Source of the DNA: Scenedesmus sp. PABB004
Lineage: Eukaryota
Direction of reading: 5' to 3'
DNA: 64,000 nucleotides
NCBI GenBank assembly: GCA_014905635.1
Contig: JABVCE010000010.1
Location: forward strand, 868,001 to 932,000
In this document: in pieces, positions 12,192 through 25,543 of the stretch
How positions within the stretch are numbered: the first letter of the stretch is position 1
Layout: each line of letters begins with the position of its first letter
Made by a program: the position numbers and the translations under genes
The notes under the pieces: model-generated
Told to the model about the DNA's origin: nothing
The model's input: the letters and a program-made list of their open reading frames with translations, nothing else
Databases searched by the model: none

Positions 12192-14629
12192 TCAGCGGCG
12201 CGCACCGCCGCGTGGGCCAGCGAGCGCGACCCAGATGGCAGCCAGCGAGAAGCCGATGCCCGTGGCCATGACGGCGAGCGGCAGCACGAGGCCCACGCAC
12301 GCGCGCGCCCACGCGGACACGCACGCCAGCGGCGCGCGCGCGTGCGGCGGCGGCCGCCCCGGCGCCGCGGCGCCGGCCGCCTCCGCGCGCGCGCTGCTGC
12401 CCGCGCCGGGGCTGCCGGCTCCGTCGCCGCCGCCGCCGCCGCCGTGCGGCGGCCACGCTGCGGGCAGCAGCGGCGCCGCGAGGCCGCCGCCGGGCCACAG
12501 CTGCTCCGCGTCGCCGCGGGCGCGCGGCGAGCCGCCCGCCTCTGCCCCCGCCTCTGCCCCCGCCTCTGCCCCCGCCTCAGCCTCCCCCTCGTCAGTCGCG
12601 CCGCGCTGTGCGGCGGCGCGCTGGCAGCGCAGTAGCTTTAGGTGGATGACCACGGGCAGCATGTAGCAGATCACGCACACGCCCGTCGCGCCGACGAGGG
12701 CGTACACCTTCTCCGCCCCGCCCGGCGTCAGCAGCGCGACGCACAGGCTGACGCCAAGCGTCACGCCGTTGATGGCCGCCTGCGGCGCGGCGCGCGCAGC
12801 CGCGCGCGGCGCCGTCGGCGCCGTCGACGCCGGCCCGCGGTGGCTGGCGTGCTGGCGCGCCGGCCCGCGGCGCCCCCGCGCGTGCCCCGCGCGCCGCACC
12901 GAGCGCGCGCGCGTCATCGGGCGCCGCTCCCCCAGCAGCGCGAGGTCGAGCGACGCGCGCAGCGGGAACTGGCACGCCGCCGCGCCAGCGGCGAGGTAGA
13001 GGAGCATCGAGCTGTACACGAGCAGGCAGCCGGGCGTGGAGGAGGTGAGGGCGTTGAGCATGACGTTGCCGGCCGTGCCCGCGCCAAAGAGCGCCGCGCC
13101 AAAGAAGCCGGTCGCGGCGTAGAGCAGCAGGCTGCTGCCTGCGGGGCGGGGGCGGGTGCGGGGTGGCGGCGGGGCGGGGGCGGGGTGAGGGCGGGGTGAG
13201 GGCGAGGCGGGGTGGCGACGGGCGGGGGTGGCGGCGGGGGCGGGGGTGCCAGCGGCGCGGCGCGCACCCAGCAGGCTCGCGTGCACCGCCGACGTGAGCG
13301 CCTCGCGCCCCGCGGTGCCCTCGGGCATCTCCCGTATCAGAGGCATCATCAGCGGCTGCCGGGGGCGGGGGCGGGCGCGGCCGCGGGGCGGCGGCGCGGG
13401 AGATAGGGCGGGGGCGGCGCGTGGGCGGTGAGGCGCGCGGGGCGGGCACGCACGCACAGGCGCGAGCGGCTGGCGTGCGGTGCGGCGTCAGGCAGTGCAG
13501 CGCGGTGCGGCGCGGCGCGGTGCGGGACCTGCAGGTCGGACCTGCAGGTAGAAGGCAAACCCCAGCAGGGAGAAGGCCTCGGGCAGGTCCGACGTGATCT
13601 GCGGGCGGCAGCACGCCGCCAGCCGGGCGAGTCGGCGGCGGCCCAGCTGGCGCGCGGGCAGCGGCGCGCGGCGGGCGGCGCGCAGCTCGCCGGCCGCGCC
13701 GCGGCACCTTGAAGCGCGCGATCGGAAACTCCCCGCTCGCGACGGCGGGCAGGCCGGCCGACACCGCCTGCCACGCGAGCAGCGCGGCGAGCGCGGCGAC
13801 GACAAACACGCCCGCCGCGGCGGCGTGCTCCAGCGAGCGCATGTGGCGCCGGCAGCACAGCGGGTAAACCACGGCGAGCGTGACGACCACCATCGCCGCC
13901 TGCCCGCCGCCCGGCCCGCGGCGGGCAGCACCCGGTCCAGCATGACCTGGGCCACGTCGCCCATGAGGCTGAGGCCGCCGCTGTTGGGCGCCCACAGCAG
14001 CGCGATGAGCGTGGCCTGCGTGAACACCTGCGGCGGCGGCGGCGGGGGCGGCGGCCGTCGGCCGCCGGCCGCGGCGCGGTGGCGCGGCGGCGCTCGCCGG
14101 CCGCCGCCCGCGGGCGCCGCACCTTCCACCACCGCCCGCCCACCCACTCTGCCAGCGCCTCGTACGAGTCGTGCCCCGTCGCCCAGACCGCCTGGACCAT
14201 GAGCATCGTGGTGTAGTCGTTGCACAGCGCGACGAGCAGCGTCGTCGCGAGCCCCGCGAGCGCGCCGGTGTGGGCAAACGCGTAGGGCATCGGCAGCACC
14301 GAGCTGCGCCGGCACCGGCGGCGGCGCGGGGCGTCGTTGGAGCGTCAACGTCGGCGGCAGCGGCGGCAGCAGCAGCGGCGGCGGCGGCGGCGGCAGCAGC
14401 AGCGGCGGCGGCGGCGGCGGCAGCAGCAGCAGCGGCGACAGCAGCAGCAGCAGGAGCAGCAGGGCGCCCGCGCTGACCTGCCCATGACCGCGAGGTTGAA
14501 CGTCCAGAAGGCGCTCCAGAAGGCCTTGCGCTTGCTCGACCGCGCGACGAGGTAGTTTTCGACGTCGAGCTCGACCACCACCACCGCGGGGCCGAGCGGC
14601 TTGACCGCGAGGATCGGCGTCGCCGCCAT
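12192..14629 (-). CDS. Amino acid transporter, AAAP/Aa_trans (SLC38-like) family, multi-exon
   Basis: AFWTFNLAVMG/SVLPMPYAFAHTG, DSYEALAEWVGG, FAFYLQPLMMPLIREM, FFGAALFG..GNVMLN, QFPLRASL, VYALVGATG..YMLP. One apparent frameshift near 13910; start codon uncertain. Confidence 0.88.
14345..14460. repeat. Compound (GCG)n/(GCA)n microsatellite in the transporter's first intron
   Basis: Alternating GCG and GCA triplet runs are directly visible. Confidence 0.8.
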
Positions 14630-15116
14630 CGCGCCGCGCGAGCTGGCGCAGCTCCCGCTGCTGCTTCCGCGGCCGCGCGGCGCGCCCGCTAGCGCCGCCG
14701 CCGCGGCGCGGGGCGCCCGGGCGCCACCGCCAGGCCCATGGCTGCGCCGGGGGCGCCTGGCACGGCCTGCTCGGGCCTCAGGGGGCGCTGGGGGCTACCC
14801 AACGCGCCGCCGCTGCTGCTCCAGCCGCAAACGCCCGCCAAAGCCCCACGGCCGCGACGCGGAGGGTGAACGGAGCCGACGGAGGCGCGCGGAGGTGGCG
14901 TGAGGCCGGCCAGGCCGCAGCGACCGCAGGCGCGCCGCGTCGTCGCCGCCGCCGCTGCAGCTGCCGCTCGTGCGCGGGGGATCGGCGCAGGGCCAGCGCG
15001 GTGCTTGAGCGTGCCGGGCGGACAGCGCTGCTCACAGACATCACGGCCCGCACCAACCGCTGCGGCACGGCCCAAAGCCCCGCGCCCCGCGCCCCGCCGG
15101 CGGCGCCCCGGCTCCG

Positions 15117-18100
15117 TCACAGCTCGTCCTTGCTGGCGGCCTTCTTGGCCGCCTTCTTCTTCTTCTTGCCCTTCTTGGTCTTTTTGCTGCCGCCGCCAGC
15201 CTTCTTCTTGGCCGCCGCAGCGGCCGCGAGCTCCGCGTCGGCCTGCGGGCGTGGCGCGCGGCGCGCGTGAGAGGGCGCGGCCCGCGCAGCGCGCGCGCCC
15301 GCGCCGCGCGCCCGGCGCGCCTCACCCCCGCGCGCCCACCTGCTGCAGGCGCTCCTCCTTGCTCGCCAGGTCGGCGGTGACGCTCTCGGCCATGATGTCA
15401 CCCAGGTCAAACTCGTCCTCCACCGGCGCCCCGACCTCCTCCGCGGGCGCCTCCTCGCCGCCGTCCACCAGCTGCGGCAGCACCTGCACGGCGCGGCGCG
15501 GCGCGGCGCGGCGCGGGGCGGGCGCGCTCACGCGCCGCCGCCGGCCGCGCGCGCTGGCGCCGGCCGCGGCCCCGGGCGCCGGCGCCGCTCACCGGCAGGG
15601 GAAGCGTGACGGCGGCGCCGGCGAGCACCTTGGTGACGAGTGTCTTGGCCGCCTCCTCGCTGAACGGCGGCGCCGCCTGGGCGAAGCGCATGCGCTTGGT
15701 GCTGAGCGCGACGAGGCCGGGCAGCGCCTCGCGCTCGTAGCCAAACGCGGCCCTGACCAGCCAGCCGCGGGGCGCGCGGGGTCGGTCGGCGGGCGCGGCA
15801 GGGCGCGGCGCGGCGCAGAAAGGGCGGCGCGGCGCCGGGCGGGCGCGCCGCACCTGAACGAGTGCTGCCGCGAGACATCGACCGCGACCCACGTGAGCGG
15901 CTGGCCCTCGAGCGCCGTGGCCGCCGCGCGCAGCGTCGCGCGGTGCTTGTTGGACTGCCCGTCCTCGCCGTCGTGCAGCAGCAGCAGGCAGAGCGCGGGC
16001 TTGCCGTAGCACGCGTCCGCGAGCTGGGCCTGGCTGCCAACGTCAAAGTCGGCAGCCGTCGGCGCCGGCGTCGCGCCCGCGTGGGGCAGGTTGTACGTCA
16101 GACCTGCGGCGCCAGGCGGCGGGCAGCCGGGCCGGTCGCCACTGGCGGCCGCCGTGCGCAGCAGCCGTCCGCCGTGCGCAGTAGCACGCGCGCCCCGGGT
16201 GCCCGTGCCGCCGCCGCACCCGAGAGGCCCGACATTGCTCCCAGCCAGACAAGCATCTTGGCGTATTTGAGCTGCCCCTTGTACGGCTGCATCGCCAGGT
16301 CAGCCTCGCCCGAGCCGCCCGTCGCGGCCGGGTCGCCCAGGGGCTTGGGCGGCAGCGGCAGCAGCATGACCATGCCGGGTGCCTTGCGGATCTGCGGCGG
16401 CGCGGGCGCGGCGCGGCGCGGCGGCGGCGATCGCGGCGACCGCGCGGCGCGGGCGCGGCGCGTGCGTGGCGCTGCGGGCGCGGCGGGCAGGGGCGGGGGC
16501 GGGGGCTGGGCCTGGGGCCCGCGCCCAGGTGCGCACGTTTGTCTTTTGCATCATCGCGACCGCCACGTCCGAGCTGGCCGACATCCAGCCAAACATCATG
16601 CGGCTGCGGCCGTGGAAGTGCAGCGCGAGCGCCTTGAACATCGGCGGCACCTGGGCGCGCCAACGCGACGGCGGCGGCGGCGGCGGGTTGACGGCGGCGT
16701 GACGGCGCGCGCGGCAGCGCGACCAAGCCGGCGGCCCGGCGTCATGCCCGGCGACTCCACGCTCAGCCCTAAGCCCTAAGCCCCAGCCCCAGCCCCGCGC
16801 GGCTGGCTGGCTCACCGAGTCCTTGGTGCTGAACAGCAGGACCTTGCCGATGGACCCCGTCCGGTCCGCCGCCGACCGGATGGCCGCGGCCGGCAGCGCC
16901 CGCGCGTCGGCCTCCACAAAGATCTTGGCCCGCTGCTCGTCGGAGAGGTGCAGCGTGACGTCCGGCATCTGTGGCGACGCGCGGCGGCGGGCGCAGCGCG
17001 CGCGTGGGGGCGGGCGCCGGCGCGCAGGGTCGGCGGGCGGCCGCGGCGGGGTGCGGGACGGCGCCGTGCGGCGCGGCGCCACACACCTTGCTGATGATCC
17101 AGTCCTGCAGGGCCTTGGCGTCGTCCAGCTTGCCCCGCCACCTGGGGTCGCGTGCGGCGCGGCGCGGCGTGGGTCGCGCGTCAGCTGCCGCCGCCCATGG
17201 GCAGCCGGCGCGCGGCCGGGCTCTCTCTGCGTGGCGGCAGGCCGCGCCGCGGGGCTCACTTGAAATACTCCTCCTTGGGCGTGCCGTGCGGGAGCAGGAG
17301 CAGCTGCAGGTCGCAGCCCTGCCCCGCCAGGCGCTTGACGTTGACCCCGATGTTGGCGAGCTGCTCGTCGTCCAGGCCTGCAGGGGACGGCGGGAAGGGG
17401 CTCGGCCGTCAGCGGCGGGTGCGCGCGCGCGGGCGCGGCTGCCGGGCCGCTGCGCCGCGCGGCGCCGCGCCTGCGGTCGCGGCGTTGACTTTGCCAAAGC
17501 GCACGATGCTCTGCACGTCGGCCAGCACACCGCGCAGCTCGTCGAGCTCCGCCGCGCAGCCGCCCTCCTCTGCGGCGGCAGTGCGCGGCGGCGGCGCGGA
17601 GGGCGTTGAGCTGCGGGCCCGCCAGCCCCCCGCGCCTGCGCCATGGCGCACGGCCGCCGCCGAGCGCGCCCCGGCGACGGCGGCCCCCGGCGGCGGGCGC
17701 GGCCGGCACAAGGCGCGCCTGTGGTGCGATAGAAGGCGAGCAGCCACATGGGCGCCTCTGCGTCAATGTCAGTCAGGTTGGCGGCGTTGAGGTCGTTCAG
17801 GTCCACGTGCACCAGCGATGCCTCGACGCCGCCCTCGGCCGGCGGCGGCTCGGACGGCGCAAAGCCGTCCAGCCAGGCGCGCAGCGCGGGCGCCTTGAGC
17901 GCGCCGTCGTACGCCACGACCTCGCCGCCGGGCTGCGGCCGCGCGCAGCGCAGCGCAGGCAGGTCGGGACGGGCGGGCACGCCGGGCGCTGCTGCCCCGC
18001 GCGGCGCCGCGCGCGGCCGTGGCCGGCCCCCGCCGGGCGCCGGCGCCGGCCCCCTGTCCACCGCCGCCCCCGCCACCGCCGCGGCCGCTCTCACCTTGAC

Positions 18101-19340
18101 CACCACAAGCGCGGGGAGGGCCTTGACGCCGTAGGCCTCCGCCAGCGCGCCCTCGCCCTCGGCGGGCCGCACCTCGGCAAACGCAAGCCGGCGGTAGAAA
18201 CCCCAGGAGAGGCCCTTGGCCAGCACGGTGGAGGCGGGCTTGTCTGTGAACAGAAGGACCTGGCGGGCCGGGGGCGGCAGACCAGGGGGGCCCGTGGGAC
18301 GCGTGCGAGCGCGCGCGCGGGCGCGGCGGCTGCAGGCGGCGCGGCGCGGCGCGGCGCGCTCGCGCCGCCGCTGGCGGGGGCGCCCGGCCTGCAGGCCGCG
18401 CACCTTTGCCAGCTTGGGCTGCTTGGCCAGGAAGGCGTCACGCTGCGCCACGCTCGTCACGCGTGTCAGCTGCGAGTCGTCCAGGCTCTCGGTCACAGCG
18501 GCGGCCATAGCCTTGGCCGACAGCTTGCCTGCGCGCCGGGCGCGCGGAGCGCGTCGGCGCGGAGCGCGTGGGCGGCCGCGCGGCCCCGTCCAGGCAGCCG
18601 GAGGGGCGGCTGCCCCGCGCGCTCCGCCCCCGACGGCGGCGGCGGCGGCGGCCACCTGTGTAGTCAACTGCGTCCTTCATGGGGCCGCCGGTGTAGGGGT
18701 TGGTGCGCGTGCCCGGCTTGAACAGCTGCGCGGGGCGCGGGCGAGGGTGAGGGCGCCGTGCTCGGTCGCCGCCCCGCCCACGCGCGCGCGCGGCCGCCGC
18801 GCCGGCGCCCCGCCGCGCCCGTGGCCACGGCCGCCGCGCCGGCGGCGCAGGCGCCGCTGCTCGCGCACCACGACGTGGGGGAAGGAGTGCGCGGCAAAGG
18901 CGCGGCAAGTTCGCACGGAGTGCACGTTGGTGCAGTCGACCACGCCCACCGTGGCGATGCCCTTGAGGTTGGTGCCCACGCGCCTGAAGTCGGGAGCCAG
19001 CGCCAGGCAGGCCTGGCAGTCGGGGATGTAAAACTTCACCTGCGCGCGCGTGGGCGGCGAGGGGCGGCGCGGCGCGAGCGCCCCGCGCTCAGCGTGGGCG
19101 GGAACGGCCGGCCGCCGCCGCTGGGCGGCAGTCGCTGTGCTGGCGGCGCACCAGCGCGGGGCCAGGCTGGCGCTCGACCACGTCCGCAAACGTGTCGGTG
19201 GTCAGCACCAGCACGTCGTCTCCCACCGCTCCCACGCCGTCCGGCTCCGGGGCGTCGCAGGCGGCGGGCCGCGCCGCCAGCAGGGCGCACGCCGCCGCGA
19301 GCAGCAGCGCGCCGCGCCAGCGCGGCCGCACCGGCGCCAT
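15117..19340 (-). CDS. ER-luminal multi-thioredoxin-domain (PDI-like) protein with signal peptide and KDEL
   Basis: Hydrophobic leader, VLVLTTDTF..VKFYIPDCQAC..VGVVDC, two VLLF(T/S)xK..LxKxL b-type domains and C-terminal ..AASKDEL-stop; about 15 exons. Confidence 0.88.
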
Positions 19341-20270
19341 GCCTGCACGCGCGTCGCTGCGACCGCGGACAGCGCTAGAGAGGGTCGTTTCGGTCGTGGT
19401 GGCCGGCTGGGCAGGCCACGTTGGTGCCGGCGCGCGCGGGGCGAGGAAGGAGCGCGAAGGATTGCTGCCCGCGCCTGCCCGATCTCGACGAGGTGCGGCC
19501 AGTCGCCCGGCGCGAAGCACCGCGCCGGTCGGTGCCTTGGCGCGGACCGCGGCGCCCGCACGGACTGCTCGCCGCGCCGAGCGCAGCAGCGCAGCGGCGG
19601 CGGGGCGGCGGCGGTGGGCGATTGCTGCAGCGCAGCAGCCGGGGCGGGCTTGGAGGCGTGTGTATGAGCCGGCGTGGCTGGCGGAGCGCTGAGCGTCGCC
19701 CGGGCGGGCGCGGCGGTTCGGCGGGCTGGGCCCTGGACCGCGCTCCCGAGTTGAGTTGCCAGCTGGAGAGAGAGAGCGCAGCGTGCACACGCGATCGCCC
19801 ACATGCATGAAGACAGAGTCGCCGCACATGCGCCAAGCAATTCGGGTGCCCCACCACAGCCGCCGCGCGTGCAATCCCTAGCAGGCGTGCGTGTGCTTGC
19901 GCTTGCCACCGCTGCGCGCGGTTGGACCATTCCGGACGCCCCCCCCAAAGAAGCCTGCCGCGGCGGTAAATCTGCCACACGCGTTTATAGACAGTGCAGG
20001 GAGCCACACCCACTCGCTACGCGCTAGAAGCCGCCGCCGGAGCCCGCTGCCCCTCGCCCGCGCACGCCTGTGTCGGCCGGGCGCCCCGCGATCAGCGCCC
20101 CTAGCCTGGCATGGTCGCCCGCCCGCCGCGCCTCGCCGCGGCAGGTCGATGCTGGCGGCTCGCTGGCGCCAGCTCGCTGGCGCCAGCTCGCTGGCGCGCC
20201 GGCGCGCGCCGGCTGCCCACGGCGCTGCGCGCCGTCGCGCTCGGCGCGCGCGTCAGCGCCTCGGCGCGCC

Positions 20271-23200
20271 TCAGCTGCCGACGACCATGCGGGCCTTCAT
20301 GCCGGCGTTGATGTGGTCCAGTACGTTGCAGTAGTAGCTCCACACGCCCGGCGCGTCGGCGGTCATGTCGAGGGCGTAGGTGTTGGCCGGCATGAGCCCC
20401 ACGCTGTAGCTCGGCGTCCCGCCGTACGTCGCGGCCTGGCCCTCAAACACGGGGCTGTGCATGTCCGCCTCGCTGCCAAAGCCCATGACCAGCCAGCGCA
20501 CCGCGGCGCCGCGCGGGAGGTCGAGCGTGGGGCCGTTGCAGAAGACGTAGCCGTTGACCGCGTGCATGAGGTTTGACTCGGGGAAGCTCAGCGCCGCGGT
20601 GTCGAGCCGCCCCCGGCTCGCGTTGACCGCGGCGGCGAGGTTGGCGTCGTAGAAGGCGGACTGCATCTCGTTCTGGATGTTGAACAGCACCGGCACCTCG
20701 CGCGGCGCGCCGGGCGCGGCCGCCTTGGCCAGGCCGCCGCGGTCGTACACGACGAGCGGGCCGGCGAGGCCGGCGTTGATGTGCTTGATGTGGTCCACGC
20801 CAGACACGTAGGAGTAGACGACCGACGGCCCGTCGCGCGACGCGGGGCCCGCGCCGTCGGGGACGAGCCACTCGTAGCGCCGCGACCCGCCGGGCGGCAC
20901 GCCGCCGAGGGCGTAGATGTTCTCCACGCTCTGCGCGATCACCGCCTCCGCCTCGGCCGCCGCGGCGCTGATCTGCGACAGCCGCCGCGCCGCGCCGCCG
21001 CCGGCGCCGCCGCCGGCGCGCGCCCCGCGCAGCAGGCGGCGGCCGCTGGCCGCGGGCGCGGGCGCGGGCGCCTGCGCGGGCGCGGGCGCCTTTGCGGGCG
21101 CGGCCGCCTCTGCCTCCGCCGCCGCGTCGCCGAGGTTGACCTGGTAGGCGGTGGTGTTGCCGATGGGCGAGAGGCCGCCAAAGACCTGCACGCTCGCCTC
21201 AAAGGGCAGGCGGTTGATGAAGTGGACCACCAGCTTGTCGCCCACCTGGGAGCGCGGGCGCGGGCGCGCGGGGCGTGGGTGCGGGCGTGGGTGCCGGGTC
21301 ACCGGCGGCTAAGCCGGCCGGCGGGCTGGCCAGGGCGACGCGGCGGGCCCGCGCGGGCGCCGCGCGGCGCGCACCTCGGCGCGCAGCGTCGGCCCCAGGA
21401 TGCCCGCCTCGGGCAGGCCCGGCACGCGGCGGGTGAAGTTGGCGTCCTCGTACTGCCGGAACACGGCCTTGCGGTACCGGCTGCCCATGGTCTCGTTGGT
21501 CGCCACCACAAACACGGCCTGCTCGGCCGACCAGGGCTGCCCGGTGCAGCCGTCGTAGCCGAGCGGCGCGTAGTCCCAGTCGACCGGCTCCGCCGCGATG
21601 TAGTAGGTCCGCACCGGCGCGCCGGGCGGCGCCTCGAGCAGGCCCAGGTTCTTCACGTTGTACAGCGCGCTCATGCCGGCGCTGATGTGGTCGTACACGT
21701 GGCACTGCAGCAGGCCCTTGCCTGACACCATGGGCCTGCGGCGCGGCGCGGGGGAGGGGCCGGCGGCGGCGGCGGCGGCGCGGGGCTGTCGGGCGCGCGC
21801 GCGGGGCGGCGGCGCACGGGGCGGGGCGGCGCGCGGCGCAGCGGCCCCGGGCCGGCCAGCGCGTGCAGCGGCGGCGGGGCGAGCGGCGGGGCGGCGCGCC
21901 GCGCCGCGCCACGCTGCGCGCACGTGGTGTCGACGGCCATCATGCTGCCCGGCAGCAGCTGCACGGCCTGGCGGCGGTGCCCCGCGATGAAGAGCTGCGC
22001 CTCGGCGCTGTTGGGCGTGTGCATGTCGGCGCTGCCGCCAAAGGCCATCATGTACAGCCGCGCCGACGCGCCCTGCACAAAGTCGAGCCCCGGCAGGTTG
22101 CAGTACATGTACCTGCGGGCGGCGGCGGCGGCGGGGGAGGGAGGGAGAGAGGGACGGGCAGACAGGGTTGAGGGTTGAGCGCGACGGGCGTGCGCGTGAC
22201 GCGGCGCGCCCGTCAGCCCGCCGGCTCAAGAGGGGCCCGGGGTGGTGCGCGCTGCGCGTGGGTACTGCGCGTGCTGGGCGTGCTGTGCGTGCTGTGCTGG
22301 CATGGTGCTGCACGCCCTCACCCGTTGATGGAGTGCATGAGGTTGGACTCCTGGAACCCCGGGTCGGCCGCGAGCGCGTCGAGCGCGGTCGCGTTGGCCG
22401 CGAGCGCCCGCGGCAGCGCGCGGCGCATGTTGGCGGGCAGGAAGCCGGACACGTTCTCGTCCAGGATCGCAAACGACAGCACGTACTCCCTGCGCGCACG
22501 CGGCGCGGCGCGGCGCGGCGCGGCGCGTGAGGGAGGAGGGCGCGGCGCGGCGGCGCGGCGGCGCGGACGCGCGGCGACCGCCCGGGCGCGCGGGCGCGCG
22601 GCGCGCGCGCGGGCGCGGGCACGGCGCGGCGCGCGGCGCGCGCCTGTCGACGTCGCGCGGCGAGGCGTCGTCGTTGGCGTTGCCGCGGGCCGTGATGATG
22701 ATCGGACCCATGAGCCCCGCGTTGGGGTCGGCCGCCTCGTCGACGTGGCTGTGGTACATCCACATCACGCTCCCAGGGTCGGCGGGGCCGGGGCCCGCGC
22801 GCTCCGGCACGAGCCAGGTGTACGTCACGGTGCCGTTGGGCGGCACGCGGTCGGCGGGCGCGGCTGCGGCGCGACGCGGCGGCGGCGGCGGCGGCAGCGT
22901 GGGCGGGCGCGCGGCGGCGGCGCGCGCGGGGCGCGCAGCGGGGTGCTGCGCAGAGAAGAGGCCCCTCGCCGCGCCGCGCGGGCGGCACACGTGGGCGGCC
23001 GTCGTAGTAGGGCGAGCCCTCGCTGTCCTTGTCGTACCACACGCCGTGCGGGTGCATGCTGACGTTGCGCTGCGGCAGCATGTTTTTGAACGTCACCTCC
23101 AGCCTGTCACCCACCACGCCGCGCAGCACCGGCCCCAGGATGCCCAGGTGCTCCCACTGCGGCGTGCGGCGCTGCGCGGGCGGCGGCGAGCGCGCAGAGC

Positions 23201-25543
23201 GGGCGGCGGGCGGCGCTCGGGCGGGGCGCTGCGGGCCGCGGGCTGCGCGGCGCGCGCGCTGCACAGGGCCGCGCGCGCGCGCTGCACAGGGCCGCGCACC
23301 TTGCGCGTGGTGAAGGTGGCGTCCTCGTACTCCACGTAGCGGGCCTTGAGGTACTTGGCGCCGACGCGGTCCGGCCCGGGCGCGACAAAGGTCTTGGCGT
23401 TGTCGCTGAACGGGACGCGGCTCCCGCCGCACATCTCGCCCCCAAACGGCACGTAGTCCCACACCTCCTCCACCGCGGCGACGTAGTAGCGCCGCGTCTG
23501 ACGGCCACACGCAAGGGGGGGGGGACGCGGGCGGCGGGCGGGGCTTGGGCGCGGCCCCGCGCGGCGGCTGCGAGGCGGCGCGCGCGCGCCCGCGCCGCAC
23601 CGCGCCGTCCGCGGCCGGCTTGTCGGCGGCGCCGCCGACGTTGAAGAGCGCGACCATGCCGCCGTGGATGTGGTCGTTGAGGTGGCAGTGGAGCAGCCAC
23701 GTCCCCGGGTTGTCCGCGTAGGCGTCCAGCACGGTCATGCTGCTCGCCTGCACCACGACCTGGTCCGCGTGCCGCCCCGAGACCAGGAAGCTGATGCCGT
23801 GCCAGTGCGCCGTGTGGATCGAGTCCTCGCTGCCCAGCGAGGTCACGTACCAGCGCACGCTGCGCGCGCGCGCGCGCGCGGCGGCGGGGCGTGAGCGCGG
23901 CGGCGCGTGGGCGGCGGCGGCACGCGGGCGCGGGCGCGGGCGCGGGCAGCCAGCAGCCGCGCGCGCGGGCCGCCAGCAGCCGGCAGCCGCGGCAGCGGCG
24001 GCGCGGGCGCCTCACCGCTCGCCGGCGGTCATGTTGAGGCCGGGCGTGTTGCAGAAGGTCCCGCCGTTGATGCTGTAGCGCATGAGGCTCTCCGCCAGGT
24101 CCTCCTCCGCCATCGCCGCCAGCGCGGCGCCGGCCTTGGGCGGCAGCGCGGCGACGTTGGCGTCGTAAAAGGGGCTCGCCGCCTCGTTGAACACCTGCGC
24201 GCGCGCCGCCACGCGGCGGCGGCGGGGCGGGGCGGGGCAGGGCAGGGCAGCCCGTCAGACGCGCGGCGCGGCGCGCCCGCGCCCTGCCCCGTGCGCCCCC
24301 GCGCCACGCCCGCCGCCCTCGCTCGCGCCCCGCCTCCCTGCCGCCGCGCGGGGCACCTGCAGCATCACAAACAGCTCGCGGTCGACGTCGCTCGGCCGGC
24401 CGTCGGCGCCGAGCGCGCCGCGCCGCGCGACGACGAGCGGGCCGGCCAGGCCCGCCTGCGTGTCGCGGATGGGGTCGACCGTGCTGCGGTACACCCAGAG
24501 CGCGGTGGAGGGGCCGCCCTCGGCGGGGCCCGCCGACGACGGCACGAGCCACCTGCGCGGCGCCGCCGCGCGGCGAGGGTGGGCGGCGAGCCGCGGCCGG
24601 CCCCGGCCGCCGCCGCCGCTGCTGGCCGACGCTCGGCGCGCGCGGCCGCTGCGCGACCGCGGCCGGGCGCGGGGCGCGGGGCGCGGCCGCGCGCGCACCG
24701 CGCGGTGTACGTGTCGCCCGGGTTGACCGCCGGCGCGTCGTCGGGGAAGCCGCCGGGCATGATGTTTACGGGGAAGCGCAGGTTGTTGCGCAGCACCACC
24801 ACCACCGTGTCGCCGACCTCGGCGTGCAGCGGCGGGCCTGCGGCGACGCGCGCCCGCGCAGCGTGGGTATGCTTGCACGCGGCGCGGCGCGCCGCGCGGC
24901 CGGCAGCGGGCCCGCCCGCGCGCGGCCGCGCGCGCACCCAGCAGGCCCAGGTGCTCGTCGGCGGCGCCGCGCTCCTTGAGCTCCTGCAAGCGGCGCGGCG
25001 CGGCTGAGGGGGCGGCCGCGGCCTGGCGCTCCCCCCGCGCCTGCACGCCCGCCGCTGCTGCTGCGCGGCCGCGCCGGCGCGCGCCCGCCGCGGCGGCTGT
25101 GCCGCGCACGCGCTGCGGCGCACCGCAAACGTGTCGTCGGTGTACTGCCGATACACGGCCTTGCGCACGCGGCTGCCCAGCCCCGCGGTCGTGTAGAGCG
25201 CCTCGGGCTCGCTCCAGGCGCGGTTGGCGCACAGGTTGCGCCCTGCCGGCGCGTAGTCCCAGTCGATCTCGTCCGCCGCGAGGTAGAAGCGGCGCGTGGC
25301 GCCCGGCGGCGGCGCGGCGCGGGCGCCCGCGTCGAGCTCCACCGCCGCGCCGCGCGCCCGCGCGTTGCGGGCCGCCAGGCCCAGCGGCAGCCCGATGGAC
25401 AGGCCCGCGAGGGCTAGGCCCAGCAGCAGGCCGGCGCCGCCGGCGAGCAGCCACAGCCGCCGCCGCCCGGCCGCCGCCTTGCCGCCCTTGACGACCGGCG
25501 GCGGGTCCTGCAGCATCAGCTTCGCGTCCGCGGGGTCGGCCAT
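20271..25543 (-). CDS. FOX1: Six-cupredoxin-domain multicopper ferroxidase (FOX1/ceruloplasmin-like) with N-terminal membrane anchor
   Basis: Three (F/Y)YxAAxExxWDYxP repeats; HTAHWHG, HCHLNDHIHGGM, MHPHG, WMYHSH, QCHVYDHISAGM, YCNVLDHINAGM; TM segment LWLLAGGAGLLLGLALAGLSIGL. FOX1 versus paralog is not resolved. Confidence 0.9.
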
